Of a stretch of DNA of 39,843 bases, positions 6,636 through 15,271 are shown piece after piece. A program made the position numbers and the translations under genes. Source of the stretch: a virus. The DNA is taken from the IMG/VR virus record IMGVR_UViG_3300029893_000027, one strand, 5' to 3'. Positions within the stretch are counted from its first letter, which is position 1. Each line of letters opens with the position of its first letter. Below the pieces are notes generated by a model that was not told the DNA's origin, ran no database searches, and worked only from the letters and a program-made list of their open reading frames with translations.

Positions 6636-6657
6636 TATTTTCAATAATTGAAAATAC
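6635..6657. promoter_or_regulatory. Perfect 23-bp palindrome GTATTTTCAAT-A-ATTGAAAATAC (family copy 1 of 3)
   Basis: Read directly. It overlaps the TerL stop codon. Related copies are at 24105-24127 and 37982-38002. Confidence 0.7.
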
Positions 6658-6675
6658 CAAAATGTGAGGTGAGAC

Positions 6676-7017
6676 ATGCCTATAGAAGCGAGAGGAGCAA
6701 AGGCCTGCAGAGAGTATACATTACTTGATGCAAAAACAAGTACAACAAGTGGGGAATGGGCGGATGTGAGTGGCTGGAGGCGTGCTACTGTTCACATTAC
6801 AGGTATTGTTACTGCAACCTGTCAAATTCGTGGATGTGCAACGCCCACAAAACCTTTAGATAGTGAAGACCACATTCAAATAGGTAGTGACATCACATCT
6901 GACACACTTTATGAGATTACAGCAAAATTAAAGTGGTTGAAGGTAAAGATTAGCGCTTACACAAGTGGAACAATTTCTGCATACGCAATTGGAGACCAGT
7001 TTGTAAGCGGCATTTAA
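6676..7017 (+). CDS. Hypothetical protein (113 aa)
   Basis: ATG preceded by GTGAGGTGAGAC. Function unknown. Confidence 0.7.
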   Translation: MPIEARGAKACREYTLLDAKTSTTSGEWADVSGWRRATVHITGIVTATCQIRGCATPTKPLDSEDHIQIGSDITSDTLYEITAKLKWLKVKISAYTSGTISAYAIGDQFVSGI

Positions 7018-7035
7018 CACAAAAGGAGGTAAACT

Positions 7036-7350
7036 ATGCCAGAATTAACATCAAAAGAAAACGTTTCGTTGTTAGATGTAAGAGAGATTCACACAATCAG
7101 AGTAGTGGAGCACATCAAAGACATAATTGTTCCCAACTTCATTCAGAAGGATGTGGAAGTGCCAAAGTATAGGGAAGTAGAAATCGACAGACCAGTCATC
7201 GTAGAGAAGCGAGTAACTGTAGAGAAAATACAAATGGAGGATATAACAAAGGCTGTAGCTGAGGCAGCGATTGAGCAAGTCAAACAACTCATCTCATCCA
7301 TACAACTAAAAGTGATTGGTGACGGAACAATAAAAATAGAAGTAAAGTAA
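7036..7350 (+). CDS. Hypothetical protein (104 aa, acidic, V/E/I-rich)
   Basis: ATG preceded by AAAGGAGGTAAAC. Confidence 0.7.
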   Translation: MPELTSKENVSLLDVREIHTIRVVEHIKDIIVPNFIQKDVEVPKYREVEIDRPVIVEKRVTVEKIQMEDITKAVAEAAIEQVKQLISSIQLKVIGDGTIKIEVK

Positions 7351-7351
7351 G

Positions 7352-7732
7352 ATGGCAACAGATAAAATATCAGGGGAAAAATTTCGTCTGGTTAGCGGGG
7401 ATGTTCCAGGTGCTATCCAACTTGCAAGAGAGGATGGAAATTTAGCAAAAGCTTTAGGTTTGTCTGGAGCTGGTACAGATACAACTTTTACTCTTACTCT
7501 TGCCAACACTGCTTATGCAATACCTGAAAGTCCGCCTTCAGACTATTACACTTTAATAATCTGCAACGTTTCTGATACGGATGTTTATTTTAGGTTTACT
7601 TCAGGCACAACTGGGGGAATAAAGATTGCTACAGGAATAGTCTTATCCATAGATTTAGGAGCAAATCAACAAGTATATGTCTATTGTGGTAGTGCGGGAA
7701 AAGTAATTAACTTATCCCATAAGATTGTATAA
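7352..7732 (+). CDS. Hypothetical protein (126 aa, beta-rich)
   Basis: Tightly packed after the 7350 stop. Function unknown. Confidence 0.65.
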   Translation: MATDKISGEKFRLVSGDVPGAIQLAREDGNLAKALGLSGAGTDTTFTLTLANTAYAIPESPPSDYYTLIICNVSDTDVYFRFTSGTTGGIKIATGIVLSIDLGANQQVYVYCGSAGKVINLSHKIV

Positions 7733-7748
7733 CACAGGATAAAAATAA

Positions 7749-8165
7749 ATGAAAGAGCCAAAAATAATCTTAAAGGTTGAGGAAAAAAGAAAATGGAATG
7801 AACAACTGAGAGGTTTGATTTCTGCTACACACGAAGCAATCCTTAAAGATTACAAGAATGATTTTGACAGGGGAACGGTCGAATACAACTTTCAGTCCAA
7901 AAATTACTCTTTCCACAAAGTTGTGATTCCAAATGGCACAATTATAAAAGAAGCAAATTTTACGCAAAAAGAACCTCATACAGATTGCATTGCAGGGAAA
8001 AATTTGACTTTTATAGAATGTAATTTAGTCAATGTTGAATTAGACCCAACTTGGACAGTTATAGACTGCAACACTGCTCAGATAAGAAGGGTTCCAATTG
8101 CTCCTACAAATAAGATTAGAAGGGATACTTTTAAACTGCCAGATTGGTTTCACATCGGGGAGTAG
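7749..8165 (+). CDS. Hypothetical protein (138 aa)
   Basis: ORF in an operon context. No motif recognised. Confidence 0.6.
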   Translation: MKEPKIILKVEEKRKWNEQLRGLISATHEAILKDYKNDFDRGTVEYNFQSKNYSFHKVVIPNGTIIKEANFTQKEPHTDCIAGKNLTFIECNLVNVELDPTWTVIDCNTAQIRRVPIAPTNKIRRDTFKLPDWFHIGE

Positions 8166-8199
8166 CAAAAGGTGTAGATGAGATAATTGAGGAGGTTTG

Positions 8200-9843
8200 A
8201 TGGCATTACGAGGAGACACAGTTTGGGAGGTTCGAACTACTGGAAGCCAAAATAACGGAGGAGGGTTTTCTTCTTTCTGGGGTGGAACAGATTACTCTCA
8301 GCAGGATTCTGCTCAATTAGCCCCAACTGATTTAGCTATGATTTATCCAGCGGTTACCTTCGTAGGAGTTGGATTAAATGATTTAACTCTAAAGGGTGTT
8401 CATACAGCAGATGCCGTTAATTACAAAGTAGAAATAGATGGAGTAGGAACTCCAGACACTTTTAAATGGTCGGATAGTGGAGGAGCTACTTGGAATGCAA
8501 CTTTAGTGGCAATAACAGGGAGTGACCAACCTTTGAATAACGGGGTAGTTATAATCTTTGGGGCAACAACAGGACATACTTTAGGAGATTATTGGACTTG
8601 GACTACAACTTTAAATTTAACTTCTGCAACAGGTGGATTCATTTCGGGTTTGGTAGGCAATAATATCAAAATTACTGCGGGAACTAACTTTATTGTTGGG
8701 TATTATCAGATAACTACATATGTAGATACTAATACAATAAAAATAGATAGGACTGCAGCAAACTTAGCCAATGCATCAGCAGGAACTGGATATATTGGAG
8801 GAGCAGCAAACCACCCACAAACAGTTGCTCCCCCAGTTGTAGCAGGCAATAGAATTTGGATTAAAAACGGAACTTACACTCGCTTAGGAGCTAATACTTT
8901 TGTTTTGAGGCCAGTTGTAGGAGGCACTTCGGCTGCTCCAATCTGTTGGGAAGGTTATAATGTTACTCGAGGAGATAAACCAACTGATGATACAAGGCCT
9001 CTTCTTGATGCAGCAAGTGTTGCTACCTATGGTATATCTATATCGGCAAGCCACAATATTTTTGCTTATCTTAGGATTGCAAGAGCTACTCAAACTGGAG
9101 TATATTTTGCTGTCGCAGGTCTGGCGATTTTGTATTTCTGTAAATCTTCAAATAATGGATATTGGGGGTTTGATAGAGGTACTACCAATGATTATGCTCT
9201 TTTTCAATGTCAAGCTAACAATAACAGCAGAGGTGGCTTTAGTATTCTTTCAACTGGAATAGCTCTTGCTGTAGGTTGTCATGCGCATGACAATACCTGG
9301 GGTGGATTTGTAATAACGAGAGCCGAGGGAAGGAACTTCGTTTATAACAATATTTCTCGTTCAAATGGGGGTGGTGGTTTCGCTTTTGGGGGAACAAGTT
9401 TAGGGGGAATTGTTAATAACATTGCATTTAATAACACAGGCTCAACTTCCGATGGTTTTAGAAGTGATGCTGGAGGACTTGGTTATGCTTGGTTCAATAA
9501 TATCGCTGTGAATAATGGAAGATTTGGTTTCAATTATGTGACTAAACAGCCATTTTTATTATTTGATTATAACTGCTACTTTGGTAACGTAGGCGGTAAC
9601 TTGAACAACATTGATGCAGGTTTAAATGATGTAGAAGCAGACCCTCTTTTCACTGATGCAGCAAACGCAAACTTCACTCTTCAATCAACAAGTCCTTGCT
9701 TAGGAAAAGGATTTCCTCAAACTTTTAATAGTGGTGTGATTGGCGATTACCAATGGAACATTGGTCCTGACCAAGATGATAATGTGGTAGCAGGAGTAGC
9801 AGTAATAAAACATATTTCATTATCAAAGTATATAAAATTTTAA
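8200..9843 (+). CDS. Right-handed beta-helix protein (tailspike/depolymerase-like)
   Basis: Repeated coil motifs NNISRSNGGGGF, VNNIAFNNTG and FNNIAVNNGRFGF are typical of pectate-lyase-fold beta-helices. The ATG at 8200 is used rather than the track TTG at 8197, after GAGGAGG. Confidence 0.65.
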   Translation: MALRGDTVWEVRTTGSQNNGGGFSSFWGGTDYSQQDSAQLAPTDLAMIYPAVTFVGVGLNDLTLKGVHTADAVNYKVEIDGVGTPDTFKWSDSGGATWNATLVAITGSDQPLNNGVVIIFGATTGHTLGDYWTWTTTLNLTSATGGFISGLVGNNIKITAGTNFIVGYYQITTYVDTNTIKIDRTAANLANASAGTGYIGGAANHPQTVAPPVVAGNRIWIKNGTYTRLGANTFVLRPVVGGTSAAPICWEGYNVTRGDKPTDDTRPLLDAASVATYGISISASHNIFAYLRIARATQTGVYFAVAGLAILYFCKSSNNGYWGFDRGTTNDYALFQCQANNNSRGGFSILSTGIALAVGCHAHDNTWGGFVITRAEGRNFVYNNISRSNGGGGFAFGGTSLGGIVNNIAFNNTGSTSDGFRSDAGGLGYAWFNNIAVNNGRFGFNYVTKQPFLLFDYNCYFGNVGGNLNNIDAGLNDVEADPLFTDAANANFTLQSTSPCLGKGFPQTFNSGVIGDYQWNIGPDQDDNVVAGVAVIKHISLSKYIKF

Positions 9844-9865
9844 GATTAAATGAAGGGAGTTAAAA

Positions 9866-10027
9866 ATGCCACTCAAAAGAGGAACAAGTAGAGAAGTGAT
9901 TAGTGCAAACATCAGTGAGTTAGTACGTGCTGGCTATCCACGTAAACAGGCAGTTGCAATTGCGTTGAAGCAAGCAAGAAAAGGAAGAAGTCGGGTAGCA
10001 GATGCAATCGAAAGGAGAGGAAAATAA
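9866..10027 (+). CDS. 53-aa conserved small phage protein ([31 protein letters not shown] motif)
   Basis: Hand-translated and below the track cutoff, with SD GAAGGGAG. Its stop overlaps the next start as TAATG. From memory, the motif resembles small proteins often found near portal genes. Confidence 0.6.
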   Translation: MPLKRGTSREVISANISELVRAGYPRKQAVAIALKQARKGRSRVADAIERRGK

Positions 10028-10269
10028 TGGGCGGCAGAATAATGGGTGAAAAGTTGTTGAGATGGAGAGAAAGACAGAGACCAGGTGCAATTATGCGTCC
10101 AGCAACATTTGAAAGAATTGTGCGGCAGATAATGAGAAGATATGGGTTTGGTAGAGAAAGAGCAGAGAAAATTGCGGGAGCTGCTTACTGGCAAACAGTA
10201 AGAGCAAAATATAGAGAACGTAGAAGAGGCTCACCAGTCGCACGAGCAATCAGGGATAGGAGTAAGTAA
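10027..10269 (+). CDS. 80-aa basic small protein
   Basis: SD AGGAGAGG upstream, with TAATG coupling at both ends. Confidence 0.65.
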   Translation: MGGRIMGEKLLRWRERQRPGAIMRPATFERIVRQIMRRYGFGRERAEKIAGAAYWQTVRAKYRERRRGSPVARAIRDRSK

Positions 10270-12023
10270 TGCCAGAACAAATAAGTGACAAATTGAAGCA
10301 ATGGCAAGATGCCATTGACCTTGGCGTGTTGTATAAAAAGCGTTATGGGAACAGCGATGATTGGGAAACCTATCGCAGATACTACCGAGGTAACTTCCCA
10401 GGTTACTCAACTGCTGGTAAAGTTCTGCCATACAACCTGACATACGCAATGGCACGCACCCTCATCCCAAACATCTACTTCCGCAACCCATACATCAACA
10501 TCACACCAAGGCACAAGATGGGTTCACCAATTAGATTAGACATCCACGCAAAAATTGTTGAGAGCATAGACAACTGGCTGATGCAAGAGATGAGTATGAA
10601 GAAAGAAATGAAAACAGCACTGCTGGATTGCTTCTTCACAAACAGAGGAATATGGAAGATAGGTTATGACAGTATGTATGGATTTGCAGCAGAACACACA
10701 ATGGATGAGATAGGGATGGAAGATACAACACCCACTCAATACAGCAGAAAAGGAGAAGCAGTTGAATACAACATAAATGTAAAACCAGGCATGCCTTGGG
10801 TTCTCCGCATTGACCCCGATGACATAATCGTTCCATTCGGCACTCGCACCCTGGATGAATGCCCTTGGATATGTCATCGGGTCATGCGACCACTCGAAGA
10901 TGTGAAGGCAGACACAAAATATAAGAACACCAGAGACTTGAGTGGCACACACTTAGAGCAAATATACAAAGATAGCAAAAGGGCTGACTTCTACCGACAA
11001 ATGACCAGCATCTGCGACTGGGTAGAAATATTTGAAGTGAGGGATAGAAAAAGAAAAGAAATATTTGCATTCGTATATGGATATGGTTACATAAGAGAGC
11101 CAGAGGAAGATATCCTTCAAATTGAAGGACTACCCTATGTGGATATTGCATTCAACGAAGACTGCCAATTCTACTGGGGTGCAAGTGACTGTGCAATCAT
11201 CGAACCACAGCAACTGGAAGTGAATGAAGCACGCACGCAAGCAATGTTGCACAGGAGAGTAGCATTGGTGAAAATGTTGGTAGACACAGGCGTAATAGAT
11301 GACGCTGAAATACAGAAAATGATAAGTGAAAATGTTATGCCAGTTGTGAAGGTGAAAGGTAATCCTAATGCAGCAGTTGCACTACTACAACCACACATCC
11401 CAGCAGACCTCTCAATCTGGGTGGAGCAAATAAGGAGTGATGTGCGTGAATTGATAGGAATGAGCAGACAGGCATTAGGTGAAATACCTGCTGGACGGAG
11501 AACAGCAAGGGAAGTTGACATTGCAACACTGGCGAAAGAAATAAGATTGGATGAAAGAAGAGATATGTTGGCTGATGCACTCACAGAAATTGTGCGAAAA
11601 GTAAATCAAATCATCTTTGAACGATGGGATGACAGACATGTTGTGCAAGTGGTAGGATATGATGCCGCACGCTACTGGGTCGAATACACAAAGGAGGCAA
11701 TTACGGGTGAATACAATGTACGGGTAGATGTGGAAAGTATGACACCAACAACAAAAGCAATGAAGAAGAGGGAAATTGTTGAATTGATTGGTGCATTGAG
11801 TAGATACCCACGTGCAAACATCGACTACCTGATGCGTATGTTGCTGAGAGAATTTGACTACATCGACGTAATGACGTTATTACCTGAAGCACCAGAAGCA
11901 CCAATAGGACAACCAATGCTGGCGGAGCAATTTGTGCGACAGCAACAAGGATTGCTGGCATCACCAGAAATACTTGGGGCAAGGACAAGAAGAACACAAC
12001 AATTAGTAGGAGCAGGAATGTAA
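10269..12023 (+). CDS. Portal protein
   Basis: The call rests on size (584 aa), its position before the scaffold and capsid genes, and a typical N-terminus (DWETYRRYYRGNF). Confidence 0.8.
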   Translation: MPEQISDKLKQWQDAIDLGVLYKKRYGNSDDWETYRRYYRGNFPGYSTAGKVLPYNLTYAMARTLIPNIYFRNPYINITPRHKMGSPIRLDIHAKIVESIDNWLMQEMSMKKEMKTALLDCFFTNRGIWKIGYDSMYGFAAEHTMDEIGMEDTTPTQYSRKGEAVEYNINVKPGMPWVLRIDPDDIIVPFGTRTLDECPWICHRVMRPLEDVKADTKYKNTRDLSGTHLEQIYKDSKRADFYRQMTSICDWVEIFEVRDRKRKEIFAFVYGYGYIREPEEDILQIEGLPYVDIAFNEDCQFYWGASDCAIIEPQQLEVNEARTQAMLHRRVALVKMLVDTGVIDDAEIQKMISENVMPVVKVKGNPNAAVALLQPHIPADLSIWVEQIRSDVRELIGMSRQALGEIPAGRRTAREVDIATLAKEIRLDERRDMLADALTEIVRKVNQIIFERWDDRHVVQVVGYDAARYWVEYTKEAITGEYNVRVDVESMTPTTKAMKKREIVELIGALSRYPRANIDYLMRMLLREFDYIDVMTLLPEAPEAPIGQPMLAEQFVRQQQGLLASPEILGARTRRTQQLVGAGM

Positions 12024-12220
12024 TGAAAGGAGAGAGTTGTGAACAGTGCGGATGGTGGAAAAAGATATGCAAATGTGGGGAAGACACATCACCAAAGCCG
12101 ATGTTTTTTACCCCCTGGACATACGAAGACCTTGATGTCTATCCCATCCACATCACCAGCAAAAGACAACTCAAAGAAGAGTGCAAAAAGAGAAACCTCA
12201 TCGCAGTCAGGCTTCTCTAA
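12023..12220 (+). CDS. 65-aa Cys-rich protein (CEQCGWWKKICKCG)
   Basis: TAATG coupling to the portal stop. Confidence 0.55.
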   Translation: MKGESCEQCGWWKKICKCGEDTSPKPMFFTPWTYEDLDVYPIHITSKRQLKEECKKRNLIAVRLL

Positions 12221-12302
12221 TATTTGGTGGTGTGAAAGAGAACTTGCAGAAAAATATAAAAAGAGGCGTGGATTTAGAGCGCCCTGTATGTAGGAGAAAT
12301 AA

Positions 12303-12542
12303 ATGCCAAGATTAGATATTGCTGGTCCATACGACATAATCCTTGATGCTCTCTTCAGAGAAGCAAAGAGAAGAAAAATACCTATTGGGCGAATTTTAGA
12401 AGAGTTAAACAAAGTAGGCATTGAATTACGTCCTCCAAAACCTTACTTAGCTCAATTACTTTTCGGAGAAGCAGGTGATATTCGTTTGGAAGCTGACCCG
12501 TTTAGACAATATATAGGCTTGAGAGGGAGTTTTAGATGGTAA
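12303..12542 (+). CDS. Hypothetical protein (79 aa)
   Basis: SD GTAGGAGAAATAA upstream. Confidence 0.65.
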   Translation: MPRLDIAGPYDIILDALFREAKRRKIPIGRILEELNKVGIELRPPKPYLAQLLFGEAGDIRLEADPFRQYIGLRGSFRW

Positions 12543-12557
12543 AAAAGGAGGTGAAGT

Positions 12558-12785
12558 ATGGGAGAGGCGAGCACTTCAGTAGCAGGCGACAAAGATTGGA
12601 AAGCAACAATCACCATTACCCTCTACAACAACAAACCGCCGACTGCAATATTTGATGGTGATGTAAAAGGGGCAGATGTTTCTGTAGCGTGGAGAGGAAT
12701 GATGAAGGAGTATAGAAAGTGGAAACATTCACAAATGTCTGAAAAAGACAGAAAACTAAAAATAGGCGAAGGAGGTAAAACATGA
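12558..12785 (+). CDS. Hypothetical protein (75 aa)
   Basis: SD AAAGGAGGTGAAGT upstream. Confidence 0.65.
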   Translation: MGEASTSVAGDKDWKATITITLYNNKPPTAIFDGDVKGADVSVAWRGMMKEYRKWKHSQMSEKDRKLKIGEGGKT

Positions 12786-13513
12786 ACGGCGAAGATATCA
12801 AAAAGGAAGGCGATACAGAACCAGTAGGCGAAAACCTGGAAACACTGAAATCGCAATTAAATGCGATGAAAGGCGAGATGGAACAACTAAAGGCTGCGAA
12901 AGCTGATTTAGAGAAAAAACTGGATGATGCTGACAAAGAACTTCTCAGCCCTGACTATCTTGAGTTCATTGAGGGAAGGAGAGGTGCAGGTGCACCAGCG
13001 CCAGCAGCAGAGAAGGAAATAAACTTTGATGAAATGACACCTGCACAAATTGCACAGTATTTTGAAAGCAAGTATAAGGGTGACTTGGAGAAAGCAGGGA
13101 AGGCTGTCACAGACAGAATGGACGCAATTGAGGATGGGATTGGAAGACTTGCTGCTCAAATTGACCTCACCCTCACATCTATGAAATATAAAGATTTAGG
13201 TGAGGCACTCGAGACACCGATTAAAGAACGAACTGAAGAGCAGAAAGCACTTGTTGACAAAATCTACAACATAGCAATAGAAAATCCAACCTGGCCAACT
13301 GAAAAGTGCTACAAAGTCGCAAAGATGGAAATAAAAGAAGAGGCAGAGGCAAGGGAAGCTGCGAAGAGGGAGAAGGCTGAGAAGGAGCGAAAAACGCTGA
13401 CTGAAAAGCCTGGTGCTGTAGAAGCACTATTGCAAGGTAAGCAACTAAGCAAAGAAGAGGCAGCAGAAAAGGCGTGGAGAGCATCATTTGGTAATAAGCA
13501 GTCTGTGGATTAG
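12782..13513 (+). CDS. Scaffolding protein (putative)
   Basis: Acidic/Lys-rich and predicted coiled-coil (EMEQLKAAKADLEKKLDDADKE, EEAEAREAAKREKAEKERK). It lies between the portal and capsid genes. Confidence 0.6.
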   Translation: MNGEDIKKEGDTEPVGENLETLKSQLNAMKGEMEQLKAAKADLEKKLDDADKELLSPDYLEFIEGRRGAGAPAPAAEKEINFDEMTPAQIAQYFESKYKGDLEKAGKAVTDRMDAIEDGIGRLAAQIDLTLTSMKYKDLGEALETPIKERTEEQKALVDKIYNIAIENPTWPTEKCYKVAKMEIKEEAEAREAAKREKAEKERKTLTEKPGAVEALLQGKQLSKEEAAEKAWRASFGNKQSVD

Positions 13514-13534
13514 TGGAAGAAAGAGAGGTGAGAA

Positions 13535-14224
13535 ATGGCACTTTCGTATGTTGAGCAGTTGGATACTCTCGCAAAGTGTAAGGGAGCATCTGGAGAAATG
13601 ATGAGACGAATAGAGTTGCTTTCGGATGCGGAAAGAGCCTATCTCGCTGGTATTTTTGATGGAGAAGGTTGTGTTGTCCTCTACAAAGACAAGATGTGTG
13701 AGGTTAGCAAAAGGGGTTATCCCATTTTTCGCTGCTACTTATTTATTGCCAACACATCTTTAGAGTTAATCCTGCATCTTTACAAAATGACTGGTATTGG
13801 GACGCCAAGAGACAGAAAGACAAGCGGCAAAAGGAGACCGTTGTTTGATTGGCGTGTGGGAGGAACTCAAGACATTTTAGACCTGATAGAAGCAATGCAT
13901 CCCTTTTCCATAGTCAAGAAAAGACAGTTGGAGATAGTTTATGAAGTTGTGTCTACATTTAAGAGAAACAATTTCGTAACAGCTGAAGTGAACGCACGGA
14001 GAGAGCGACTATTTAAAGAGTTACAGTCCATCCTGCATCCAGATGAAAAATTGGGTGAATTCGGTGAACATCCAAAAATGGACGATACCGAGCCAAGCTC
14101 CAGAAGTGGAGAAGGTGTGGAGGTCAGTCCTGAAATAATGGACATAAGTGCCCAACCGAATGAAGCGGATGAGATGACCCGAGCTACACAGCAATGTGTA
14201 GAACTACAGGGGAGATACCTGTAG
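13535..14224 (+). CDS. LAGLIDADG homing endonuclease (single-motif, I-CreI-like). The first 10-20 codons may instead be capsid exon 1.
   Basis: Contains the motif YLAGIFDGEGCVV and a downstream helix, HPFSIVKKRQLEIVYEV. Internal ATG-ATG at 13598 would place the motif about 16 aa from the N-terminus, as in I-CreI. Confidence 0.85.
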   Translation: MALSYVEQLDTLAKCKGASGEMMRRIELLSDAERAYLAGIFDGEGCVVLYKDKMCEVSKRGYPIFRCYLFIANTSLELILHLYKMTGIGTPRDRKTSGKRRPLFDWRVGGTQDILDLIEAMHPFSIVKKRQLEIVYEVVSTFKRNNFVTAEVNARRERLFKELQSILHPDEKLGEFGEHPKMDDTEPSSRSGEGVEVSPEIMDISAQPNEADEMTRATQQCVELQGRYL

Positions 14225-14256
14225 GATAACAAAACTGGTACACGACTACCTTTCAG

Positions 14257-15189
14257 TTGCGTCGAAGACAAATAATCGATCAAATTTTTACAGCAACACC
14301 ATTATGGTATTTGCTGACAAAGAAAGGCAAACGCACAACTGAAGCTGGTGGTAGGTGGATAGAAATTCCTCTGCAATATGCACGCAATGAGACTGTGCAG
14401 TTCTTTGGAAAGGGCGATGCAATCTCAATTGCAGACACTCAACCTCTCACAGTAGCAAGGTGGGATTGGAAATACCTTGCAGGCAGCATCGTTAGATACT
14501 TTGTAGATGACCAGAAGAATAGGGGTCAGGCAGCAGTCATCAATATGATGAATGCGAAGATTGATAACTTACAAAGTAGTTTAATTGATAAGTTAGAAAA
14601 TTCGCTATTCGGAGATGGAACTGCTGATGCTGGAAAAGCAATTGATGGATTTGGTAACATAATTGCTGAAGTTCCTACTTCTGGGACAGTTGCAGGAATT
14701 GACCGTGCAACTTATGTTTGGTGGAGAAATAATGCCACCAATATGACTGGTCTTAGTGCATCTGTCAATCTACGTAAGTATATGTCGACTATGTTTAACG
14801 ATTGCGGAAGGCAAGGTGAAGGTGTAACACGCTTCCCAGATTTGATTGTTACCTCACAGACCACCTATGAATACTATGAGAGTGAGTGCCTTGAGATTGC
14901 TCAAATCCGCATTGGCGATAGGACATTAGCTGACCTTGGTTTTGGAGATTTAGCATACAAGGGAAGACCAATGACTTGGTCACCTGCACTTACTGCAAAT
15001 AGTATGTATTTTGTGAATACTGCATTTTTGCAATGGGTTGCAGACCCTATTGCTAATTTCGATATGACCGAGTGGAAGCCAATAATAGACCAGCCGAATG
15101 ACAGAGTTGCACAGGTAGTTACAGTAGGCAATTTGGTGTGCAGTAATTGCAAGAGGCAAGGCGTGTTGTTCAATATTGACACTCCATAA
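14257..15189 (+). CDS. Major capsid protein (HK97-fold candidate), probably a 3' exon lacking its own start
   Basis: Assigned by position after the scaffold gene, size, and capsid-like sequence (IIDQIFTATPLWYLL, GGRWIEIPLQY, GIDRATYVWWRN). The only start is TTG at 14257 with no SD, and the frame is open from 14230. Confidence 0.65.
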   Translation: MRRRQIIDQIFTATPLWYLLTKKGKRTTEAGGRWIEIPLQYARNETVQFFGKGDAISIADTQPLTVARWDWKYLAGSIVRYFVDDQKNRGQAAVINMMNAKIDNLQSSLIDKLENSLFGDGTADAGKAIDGFGNIIAEVPTSGTVAGIDRATYVWWRNNATNMTGLSASVNLRKYMSTMFNDCGRQGEGVTRFPDLIVTSQTTYEYYESECLEIAQIRIGDRTLADLGFGDLAYKGRPMTWSPALTANSMYFVNTAFLQWVADPIANFDMTEWKPIIDQPNDRVAQVVTVGNLVCSNCKRQGVLFNIDTP

Positions 15190-15271
15190 TAATATGGGGT
15201 GTTAGTGGCACGGCACTTAACTGAACTTTACACTCCGTGCGGTGTAAAGGATACAGAAGGAGGAAATTGAA

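Noticed and set aside
12039-12293. Alternative-frame 84-aa ORF bridging the 82-nt gap after 12023..12220 (possible frameshift extension)
   Set aside because: No slippery heptamer or start/SD was seen. The gap is more simply explained as noncoding spacer with a weak GGCG/CGCC hairpin.
13535-15189. Intein explanation for the endonuclease next to the capsid gene
   Set aside because: The endonuclease ORF (frame of 13535) and the capsid ORF (frame of 14257) are in different frames and are separated by a stop. No Cys/Ser...HN intein junction motifs are present.
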